Assembly: GCA_963665665.1 (NCBI GenBank)
Contig: OY762428.1
Span: 3,808,001 to 3,872,000, forward strand
DNA: 64,000 nt
Source of the DNA: Candidatus Kapaibacterium sp.
Lineage (GTDB): Bacteria > Bacteroidota > Ignavibacteria > Kapaibacteriales > UBA2268
Reading direction: 5' to 3'
The notes beneath the pieces were generated by a model. That model was not told where the DNA came from and did no database searches. It was given only the letters and a program-made list of their open reading frames with translations. Shown here piece after piece: positions 52,086-60,800 of the stretch (its first letter is position 1; each line of letters starts with the position of its first letter). The translations under genes and the position numbers were made by a program.

Positions 52086-53804
52086 TTATTTGAAGGGATC
52101 CTGCCACCATCCAAGTTCCAATTCAGGAAATACGGGGTTTAATTTCTCTGTTTTATCAATAAAACTTAGCTGCTCATTTGTTAAGTCTTTTCCTTCCAAT
52201 AGAATATCAATTATATCGCAAAGTCGGTTAAAATCGTTTGTATGGAAATAAAATCTTTGCTCGGCGTAATCTTTGGCGGCTATTGTATGGATAAGGAACT
52301 GCCAGTCCGAAGAATGCATCAGCATTAATTCACGAACAGCCTGCAACATTACCCTTTTAAGCATACCCTTTGGAATATCAATTTTTTCAAAAATTTTGTG
52401 CAACCTGAGTTCCGAATTATAAATCGCCTCCCAGGTCCATTTATTATTCTCATTCATCCATACATCATGATTATTGTTTTCTCCCCATGAACCCTCTGGC
52501 ATAGTAACTATTTCCCTTGGGTTAATATTATATAGCTGGTTCGATGCGCTAACAGTATTTACATAGGGCGAGTGATAAAGCCCCTTGATCACTTTTTTCA
52601 GAAATTCAGGGCCCTCGAACCACCAGTGTCCGAATAGTTCTGTATCGAAAGGAGCGCAAAGAGTTGCCGGACTGCCATATTTATTTTTATTCCAATTTAA
52701 AGTATTTTCTATATGATGAATAAAATGGTTTGCCTGAAGTTCTGTTTTATCTTCAGTCCAATCGGGATGATATAATGTTTTATACATCATGTCGGCTTTG
52801 TTGTCCGTTACCCGCCAATACCTCAGCATTGAGTCAAGATGTTTTTTATGAAAATCAAGGTAATCCGGTTCACCGGGATATCCAACTTCTCCGCTCCAAA
52901 CCTGCATTGCAATATCACGATGACGCGTAAATACAGCAGCAGTACCGTAATCAGGATTACCTGAGGAAATATTGAAAATATTCAACGGTGTCGGTGTAAA
53001 ATCGGGCTGGAAATTATTTATATCAGGATTATCAGTATGAACAAACTTATCTTTATTATCATCAATATACTTCCCGACCGGGTTTATTCTTTCTATCAGG
53101 TCCTGATCTGTAACGAAGTATTCTATACCATGCAGGGCAAGAAATTGTTCAATCCCTGCACGAAGTTGTTTCTGATTGAACGGAGCTACCGGTATCATGG
53201 AATGCCATTCGTATGCCGGACGGTAAGCGCATTCGGGCAGCCAGATACCTTTGGGCTCGCGGCCGAAATGCTTCTTGTAATTTTCAATTGCAACTTTAAT
53301 CTGCAGGTTTATGCTTCTGTCATATCCAAGTAAGGGCATGTAGCCGTGGGTTGCACCGCATGTCATTATCTCAATAGCACCATTGTCCTGAAGCTCTTTA
53401 AGCCCTTTAATTACTGAGTGGCCATATTTCTTCTCAAAATCATCAAGGCGGCTTTTATACCAGTCTTCCCAATATTTTGTCAGCCAGATATGATGTTCGG
53501 AATATCCCCATGATTTGAAATTTTTTCTGTCCTTTACCGCAGCGGCTGCCATTGAATCACAATAATTCCTGAACCTGTTTTTAAAATCAGGATGTTCAAG
53601 CTGCTCGCAAAGGATAGGAGATATATCCAGTGTGACTCCCGGATTGATACCTTCGGCGTTCAACTCATTAAAAACATTGAGCAGTGGTATATAGCATTCC
53701 GCAACGGCTTCGAACAGCCAGGCTTCACCGTGTGGCGCTTTGCCGTGGTTGAAAACCCAGGGCAGATGTGTATGAAGAATAAATACAAGGTTACCGGAAT
53801 GCAT
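52086..53804 (-). CDS. GH57 1,4-alpha-glucan branching enzyme (DUF1957)
   Basis: HTHLPWV, ATHGY.PL, GIWLPECAY, PFDTELFGHWWFEG and SSDW.F motifs. Confidence 0.92.
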   Translation of the reverse strand: MHSGNLVFILHTHLPWVFNHGKAPHGEAWLFEAVAECYIPLLNVFNELNAEGINPGVTLDISPILCEQLEHPDFKNRFRNYCDSMAAAAVKDRKNFKSWGYSEHHIWLTKYWEDWYKSRLDDFEKKYGHSVIKGLKELQDNGAIEIMTCGATHGYMPLLGYDRSINLQIKVAIENYKKHFGREPKGIWLPECAYRPAYEWHSMIPVAPFNQKQLRAGIEQFLALHGIEYFVTDQDLIERINPVGKYIDDNKDKFVHTDNPDINNFQPDFTPTPLNIFNISSGNPDYGTAAVFTRHRDIAMQVWSGEVGYPGEPDYLDFHKKHLDSMLRYWRVTDNKADMMYKTLYHPDWTEDKTELQANHFIHHIENTLNWNKNKYGSPATLCAPFDTELFGHWWFEGPEFLKKVIKGLYHSPYVNTVSASNQLYNINPREIVTMPEGSWGENNNHDVWMNENNKWTWEAIYNSELRLHKIFEKIDIPKGMLKRVMLQAVRELMLMHSSDWQFLIHTIAAKDYAEQRFYFHTNDFNRLCDIIDILLEGKDLTNEQLSFIDKTEKLNPVFPELELGWWQDPFK

Positions 53805-53857
53805 GATACTATCTCCAAAGCATTTTAAAAAAAAGCAATATAAACATTAAGTATAAA

Positions 53858-53883
53858 TAAAAAAAGCAGGGCGAACCCTGCTT
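53858..53883 (-). terminator. Rho-independent terminator after the DUF3467 gene
   Basis: AAGCAGGG-CGAA-CCCTGCTT hairpin with an A run on the + strand (U tract on the - strand). Confidence 0.8.
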
Positions 53884-53914
53884 ATCAGAAATAATTAAAT
53901 CTGTTTTCCCATTG

Positions 53915-54241
53915 TCAGTTAACTTTGGGAATATCGCCCGGAAAACCAGGAAAATTATTCTGGCCGGGATTTTCAGTTTTAATCTCACCGTTTCTCTGCT
54001 CGTATCTTGCGATATTATCATTAAGAGCTTTAAGCAGGAGCTTGGCATGCTGAGGTGTCATGATTATTCTACTCATAACTTTTGCTTTCGGAGCTCCCGG
54101 CATTACCCTGGTGAAATCAAAGACGAACTCCGCATTCGAGTGAGAAATTATCGCGAGGTTTGAATATGTACCCTCGGCTTCTTTTTCACTCAATTCAATA
54201 TTCAGTTGTTTTACCTGGTTAGGATTTTTTTTGTCTTCCAT
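53915..54241 (-). CDS. DUF3467 family protein
   Basis: IEL....AEG.YSNLAII.HS..EF..DF...MPG.PKAKV.SRII.TPQHAK.L..AL..NI..YE...G.I pattern. Confidence 0.85.
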   Translation of the reverse strand: MEDKKNPNQVKQLNIELSEKEAEGTYSNLAIISHSNAEFVFDFTRVMPGAPKAKVMSRIIMTPQHAKLLLKALNDNIARYEQRNGEIKTENPGQNNFPGFPGDIPKVN

Positions 54242-54258
54242 AACGCACCAATTTATGT

Positions 54259-55797
54259 TTATTCGTATTCAGCCAGTTTTTCTTGAATTTCTTCCAGTTT
54301 TTCTGTATTCTTCATTCTGCTGTATATATTCAGCATCTGTAACAGGTATTGCTGCTGCTGTGCATCATCAATCATATATTCCATTGTTTCCAGTTCGCCA
54401 AGGTGCTCTTCCATTTTTTCTTTTTCATCAAGAACTTCATATATATTGACGAGTTCGCCGTGAATGCTGAAATCATCCTGATATTCATCAGATTCAAGAG
54501 ACCTGGAGAAATATTCTGCTGATTCCTCGAGAAGCGGGAAGTATCTTTCCGTTTTCTGGTCGTACCTTTTATTTTCTTTTTCTGCAGCTTTCTGTTTGTC
54601 AGATTCTTCTTTCTGGATAAGGCCTGCTTTGTTTTTGATGGCAATAGCAAGGAATTTCATGATGCTGTAATAGTCTTCGTCTATCTCAAGTGCTTTTTTA
54701 TATTCAGCAATGGCTTTATCCAGATATTTTGGATCGTCATTGGCTTTTGTCAGGTACAGATCTCCAAGCTGGGCAATATAAAATTTATTATCAGGATTTT
54801 CTTTAATCATATTTTCAAGTGATTTGAATGCTTCGTCTTCTTTGCCGCTTTGCTGATAGATATTTATCATAAAAGCGCTTGCCTGCTCGTTCGAAGGTTC
54901 AATCATAGTGATTTTTTTAAGAAATTCCAACGATTTATCGAAATCTTTTTTATTATAATAAATTGAAGCCAAAGTAGAATATGTAAGGGTTGAGAACTGG
55001 CCAATCATTGATTTTTCCTGATCAAGCCAATGTTCCGGAGGATCGTAACGCCAGCCTTTTACAAAAGCTTTGTTTTTGTCATTCAGGAAAGAGAAAAGGA
55101 AAAACTGCTTTTTATCAATTTCAAATTCATCAACCAATACAGAATCATTGTCGTTGTATTTTTTTCCTTCTGTTTTTTTCGGAGGGTCAAGCCTTTTCAG
55201 AGCATCTTCCCTTGGCATATTGATAATAATTCCGTTGTCAACAGCAAATTTGTAAGATGGTTCGATAAGTTCACAGAATTTGTTATAGTCTTTAATTCCT
55301 TTTGTAGTGTCGCCTTTTGTTTCAAAGATACCTGCTCTGATCTTGTATGTATCCGGGTAGTAAGGTTTAACCCTGATTCCAAGATTGAACTGGAAAAGAG
55401 CTGAATCGAGGAATTTATCATTTTTGGTCTTAAGGTATTTGTTATAGAATTTTATACCTTCATTGTAAGTATTTGCCCATTGCTGATATTTGAAATTGGC
55501 AGCTCTTTTCTTAAGATTTTTATCTTTAATAATATCATCTGCTTTCAAAATAGTTTCAATAGCGCCGGCAACGTCAGGATCTTGTTTCTGAATTTTTACT
55601 TCTGCCAGTCGGATCCAAGCTTCTTCGTTGTTTGGATTTTGCTTAAGCTCTTTTTCATAGCCTTTTTCTGCTTCATCAAAAAGTTTCAACTTATGATTTT
55701 TTTTAGCTGTATTGTATGCTACCGAGGCACATTTAAAAGAAGATGCCAGAATGGTACCTACAGTTAAGGCGGTAATCAATAAAATTATTCTTTTCAA
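54259..55797 (-). CDS. Exported tetratricopeptide-repeat protein
   Basis: TTG start, signal/lipoprotein-like N-terminus and multiple TPR helix pairs (NPNNEEAW..LA; EPSN; NPDN..YIAQLG). Confidence 0.8.
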   Translation of the reverse strand: MKRIILLITALTVGTILASSFKCASVAYNTAKKNHKLKLFDEAEKGYEKELKQNPNNEEAWIRLAEVKIQKQDPDVAGAIETILKADDIIKDKNLKKRAANFKYQQWANTYNEGIKFYNKYLKTKNDKFLDSALFQFNLGIRVKPYYPDTYKIRAGIFETKGDTTKGIKDYNKFCELIEPSYKFAVDNGIIINMPREDALKRLDPPKKTEGKKYNDNDSVLVDEFEIDKKQFFLFSFLNDKNKAFVKGWRYDPPEHWLDQEKSMIGQFSTLTYSTLASIYYNKKDFDKSLEFLKKITMIEPSNEQASAFMINIYQQSGKEDEAFKSLENMIKENPDNKFYIAQLGDLYLTKANDDPKYLDKAIAEYKKALEIDEDYYSIMKFLAIAIKNKAGLIQKEESDKQKAAEKENKRYDQKTERYFPLLEESAEYFSRSLESDEYQDDFSIHGELVNIYEVLDEKEKMEEHLGELETMEYMIDDAQQQQYLLQMLNIYSRMKNTEKLEEIQEKLAEYE

Positions 55798-55953
55798 AAC
55801 TCAACTCCCAAAAAATATAACTTCAAATATTTTATTCTTTCTACAGACTACTAAAATAAAAAAGCTTGGCGACAGATAAAAGAAGTAATTTCTTTCCTGT
55901 ATTGCCAATTGATAATAATAATATAATGACAATTTCAATCAGTGATTGGTTAC

Positions 55954-55984
55954 AAACAGGCCTCCCGAAGCAGGAGGCCTGTTT
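55954..55984 (-). terminator. Terminator hairpin after rlpA
   Basis: AAACAGGCCTCC-N7-GGAGGCCTGTTT. Confidence 0.8.
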
Positions 55985-55988
55985 AGTT

Positions 55989-56777
55989 TTAATTGTTGGC
56001 AAAATATATCTCGCGCTTTAGCATTGCAGAGTCAGAAATCATTTGGTTATTGCCTGATTCGTTAATGTAAGCCAGATAATATCTATAGTCGGAATTTTTC
56101 TTTTCTCTTCTTTGCAGTTTGTCGGCTTTGATGAAAAGGTAGGCTGATGAATTATTTCCCCTCATCTTTTTTACCATTTCATAAGCGTCTTCGAACTTTG
56201 TAGTTGAATCGACAAAGCTAATGATTTCACCCGGAAGGCAAAGCAAAGGGCCGTCCACGGAATAACCAAAATAATAGTTATCCATTCCGTCTGGGTTATC
56301 ATTGCCCGGCAGTAAAGTTTCAATTTTTACTTTTGGCAGGCCAACTCCTTCAATTTCTTTGGCGGCGCCATAGGACAGATCAAGAACCCTTCTTTTAATA
56401 TAAGGGCCTCTGTCATTTATTCGTACCAATGTTGCTTTACCTGAATGCAGGTTTGAAACTTTCAGTATCGAACCGAATGGCAGCTTCTTATGTGCAGCCG
56501 TCGGTGCATACATGTCAAACCTTTCACCGTTTGCCGTTCTTCTTCTATGGAATCTCTTTCCGTAATAAGATGCTGTTCCTGTAATTTCTTTTACGAAATT
56601 ACCGCTTATATCCAATTCTTCGATTGGATCGATCCTTTTTTCCTGAGTTTCCTTTTTGTCTATTTTGGGAGTATCTTTGGCAAAAACAATATAAGTTACA
56701 AAAAGCAAGGAAACTGGTAGAACGATAACTGCTATTAATCTTGTTAAAGAGCTATCTCTCTTACCGAATTTTACCAT
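55989..56777 (-). CDS. rlpA: Septal ring lytic transglycosylase RlpA family protein
   Basis: G.ASYYG..FH.R.TANGE.FD....TAAH..LPFG...VRINDRGP....R..DLS..AA double-psi barrel. Confidence 0.9.
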   Translation of the reverse strand: MVKFGKRDSSLTRLIAVIVLPVSLLFVTYIVFAKDTPKIDKKETQEKRIDPIEELDISGNFVKEITGTASYYGKRFHRRRTANGERFDMYAPTAAHKKLPFGSILKVSNLHSGKATLVRINDRGPYIKRRVLDLSYGAAKEIEGVGLPKVKIETLLPGNDNPDGMDNYYFGYSVDGPLLCLPGEIISFVDSTTKFEDAYEMVKKMRGNNSSAYLFIKADKLQRREKKNSDYRYYLAYINESGNNQMISDSAMLKREIYFANN

Positions 56778-57070
56778 CTGAGGAATATCCTCTATTGTTA
56801 AACATAACTTTGCAGCCCTTTTCTTACCGGCTGCGTCTTATAAACTGAATTTCAATACCATGCCAATCCTTCAATAATAATTGCTCGAAAATAAATACGT
56901 CAAAAAAAAACACATCCAATGAATGTGCGCACGAAATAATTAAAAACTTATTGTACAAATCACCATGTACAGACTTTAAATTTAATAAATTTTATAATAA
57001 TAAAAAAACAATAAATGAATATGCAGGAAATAATATTCAGATTTTTCATGATAAAAATGGGAATTCTGGA

Positions 57071-57733
57071 CTATTGATCGATGATATTCTGAATATCTTC
57101 CAGCCTGAGATTTACTGCATATTTTAAAAGCCTGGTTAACTTTTCTGCATCAATATCAGCGTTGGGGTTGATATGATTTTTTTCAAAATATTTTAAAAGC
57201 ATTGTAGAATTCTCAGTTTTGCCCTGCCTTATCTGAAGTAGCATACCTGCCGGGTTGTCTGCATATTGTTCGCCTGTTCCATTCGATATCCAGCTCATAT
57301 TGCATCCGGCTCTTGTCATCATATTTATAAACTCGGTTCCGGGTATGCTGTTTTTGTAGAGAATATCAAATAATTCATTATGATCAGTATTCATGATGAG
57401 CGAAAAATTTTCAAGGGATGAATAATTTTCCCTGATCCAAACTTTTATTCTGTCGAATGGTGTATCAGGTTCAGGTTCTATCTCGTTTTCAATTTTCTTT
57501 CTTAGTTGCTGGCCTACTGCATTATTTGCATACATCGTGCCTGAACCGTCCAGAAGCCAGTCGATAGACATACCCGCTTTTTTGAATTTAATAAGAACAT
57601 CTGCGCCGGGGAGTGCTTTGTCATTTACATATCTGTTGATAACAGCCACACGTACACCTGTGGACTGGGCAAAGTTTGTTTGAGTTTTGTATGCCTCGCT
57701 TATGTATTTCTTTATTCTATTGCCTATCGTCAT
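57071..57733 (-). CDS. XRE/CI-like transcriptional regulator with two tandem HTH domains
   Basis: Internal duplication RIK.YI...AGMSIDWLLDGSG.MYANN..G / RIK.WI...AGCNMSWISNGTG..YADN..G. Confidence 0.75.
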   Translation of the reverse strand: MTIGNRIKKYISEAYKTQTNFAQSTGVRVAVINRYVNDKALPGADVLIKFKKAGMSIDWLLDGSGTMYANNAVGQQLRKKIENEIEPEPDTPFDRIKVWIRENYSSLENFSLIMNTDHNELFDILYKNSIPGTEFINMMTRAGCNMSWISNGTGEQYADNPAGMLLQIRQGKTENSTMLLKYFEKNHINPNADIDAEKLTRLLKYAVNLRLEDIQNIIDQ

Positions 57734-57846
57734 CAGTATAAACCAATTTTTCCATTCTAATTAATCTAAGAAAAATTAACGAATTTCAAAACTAAATTCC
57801 ACAAAAGATATTCAATTTATGAAAAAAATAACAGCAATTCGAATAT

Positions 57847-60800
57847 TTATCTTATAAACATAGCTTTTCCAAATTTAGGGTCGGCATAAATACTGCCATT
57901 TAAACGTATGATATAATAATATGTACCGGGTGCTGCCCTGTTTCCGTTGCCATTAAAACCGTCCCAGATGACCTCGTGGCGGCCTATGGTCATATTTTGT
58001 TTTATTGATCGGACAAGCTGGCCGATAGAATTATAAATATCCACAACAACCTGCCCGCCAGGCTCAGGGCCTTTTACACGGAAATCAATATTAAGATATT
58101 CTCCGAAAGGATTCGGATAATTTGACAGGCCGTAAATCTCGCCATTCAGCGATACATTGAAATATCGGAACAATGTATCACTGTTGCCGGAAGCATCAGA
58201 TGCTGCTATCCTTATCCAATGCTGTGTATAATCAAGGTCCTGCGGAGTAAACCTTATTATACATTTCAGGCCGGCAGATACAGGAAATGATTCGAAGAAC
58301 CATTCAGTAGTGCTTGCTAAATTCTGCCTGTAGCCATCAATCCAAATGTCGATATTGTTCGGGTCATCAATTACCAGCCTGGAATTATCATAAATTTCTA
58401 TCTTCATTTCCGGATGTATTGATGTATAGCCATTTTCCTCGAGAATATAGTTGTCTGCATATAAAAATATTTCCGGTTTTGTAGTATCCTCATAGACATA
58501 AAATTTACTAACCGCAATATTATTCGAGTAAATAAATTCGTTCTCTGTTCTGATATTATTCACATTCAATTGAAGGGAATTAATCAGATCGATATTGCTT
58601 GTTTCAATTTCACTTGTTATTGTTGAAGACGAATTAATGTCGATATTGGGATAGTTCAGGTCAAATGTTGACAGAACTCCCTGATCATTAAGAATATTAC
58701 CACGGATATTACCTGGTTCGGATACGGTTCGCCGGGAAATATTTACTATCTTACAAGCAAAATCCTCTATATCGCCACGCATGATAGCAGGAGATTCAAA
58801 ATTTATATAGTGATCTCTAAGAATAAGTTCCGCGGCAGGAATAAAATCAAAACTTAAGGAATTTATCTTAAAACTGTCGCTAAATTCAATTAAATTTACC
58901 TGGTAAAGTAATTTCAGGAAGGGATATTTGCCTGCATCAATTCCTGATAAATCAGTATCGCCTGATATTTCCTGTATTTTTGTTTCTTTTCCATTGTAAT
59001 CAATACCGGCCAGGGTTATGGTGCAACTGGAGTTGTAATCTGTAAACTCGTTATCTAAAGTAAGATATTTCCATTTTTTGGCAGGCCCGAATATTTTGCT
59101 TGTGAATTTTGCATCGGAGGTGTAGAAAGGAATATCTCCGCTAATGGCAGCAGTATCCGTTCCGGGGTAATAATTTTCAAATACTTTATCTTCTTCAGCA
59201 TTTCTGTGCGATAGTATTACAAAGGAGCAGGTACTGTCCAGGGAATCAATAAATTTCGAACCATACATTCTGAAAGTTTCTTTCAATGAATCCAGCAGGG
59301 TAGTACTTATCACATCATCACTAAATATTTTATAAAGTGCATTATCGCAAGTGGCAAGAGCAAGATATTCATTATTACTGATACTGTCTCTGATGAATTT
59401 AATCATAGTCGAGATAGTATCCGGAGTTTTCCAGGTATCATACCTACGGTATCTGACTTCGCCGGTGAACATCGACACAGCTGCTATATTTATTCCGCGA
59501 TGAAATGGCCCGTTCACAATAGAATTTTCACCAATGTTCATTTTCACCCATTTCTGAGGTTGCAAATCCTGTGTGCCGTTCAATCCAAGAATTGTAAAAT
59601 TTTGTGGAATTATTTCATTTGTCAGATATTCATGGTCAGATACTTCTATTTGCATACCGGTAAAATCAGAACCCCTGAACCCCATTTTACCACCCTCAAC
59701 GGCTTTAACTCCTGATTCAATATCTTCATTGTCAGTATAGAAAGGTAATGTCAGGTATGCACTTGAAACCCCGCTGATATTGTCAGTTAGACGAGCAAAA
59801 AGATTGTAGCCGCTGTTGTTTTCAAATTCGTATTCAGGAATCCAGTCGATATAGTTTTCATCAACAATTATTTCATCACGGGTTGAAATGTATAGTTTAG
59901 TCTCTGAATCATTTATACTGGTTAAATAGAAATCGTAGGAAAAATCAGATTCTGACTGAATCCTGTTTATCAGCCTGAATACCGGACGGCCCTGGTAAAC
60001 ATTCCAGTTTGGCATTGGGTCGAAAGCGGTTAATGCAGGTTCATAGACCTGGTGGGAAATATCCAGTTTGTTATTGTCTCTGTCTGAATCTACAAGTAGT
60101 TGTTCCGGATCGATAATCAGTTTGATTTTATGCTCACCGGGCAAACCCTTTACCGGCAGACGGAATTCAAAATCAGCATACCTGCAAATCCCCTGAAAAG
60201 CAACAGTATCTTGGAATATATCATTACCAACCGATCTTTCGATTACCAGCTCGAAATAATCATTTGTTTTTATTCCGGCATTATAAATATTGCCACTGAT
60301 GATCATAATGGAATCTGAAGACTGAACCAGTCCGTCCTGATTATTTTCTCTTAAAAATTTTACGTCAAACTTATCGATATATGGATTGGCAGTAGTATCA
60401 ACTTTAAATCTTATCATTGGGTCGGCAAGAAGTGTAAATTGATATTTGCCGTGCCTGTACCAGTCGTAGTCGCCTCTTAAACCACTTTTACCATAATTCA
60501 TAATATGGCCAAGGTAGCGGCCTTTGATTTGTGGGTCAAATATACTTTTCATGGCATAGGAAAAAAAAGCCAGGTCAACATCCAGATTACTCACGTTGGA
60601 AGATCCAATGGAACCGACAAAGCCCTTCAACGGTTCGGTCATATATTCTTCATTTCTCGACTGTATTGTTGGTTCGCCATAAGCGGAAGAATTGCATGCC
60701 AGGGTCGAAAATATACCATATCTGCCGGTGTTGTTAAGTGTGGAGGCATGCCATCCGTCCATATCAAAGACTTCTGCGGCGGCATGGCCGACGTAATTAA

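Noticed and set aside
56851-56865. Sigma-54 promoter upstream of rlpA (TGGCATGGTATTGAA on the - strand)
   Set aside because: The spacing is one base short and the -12 GC is absent.
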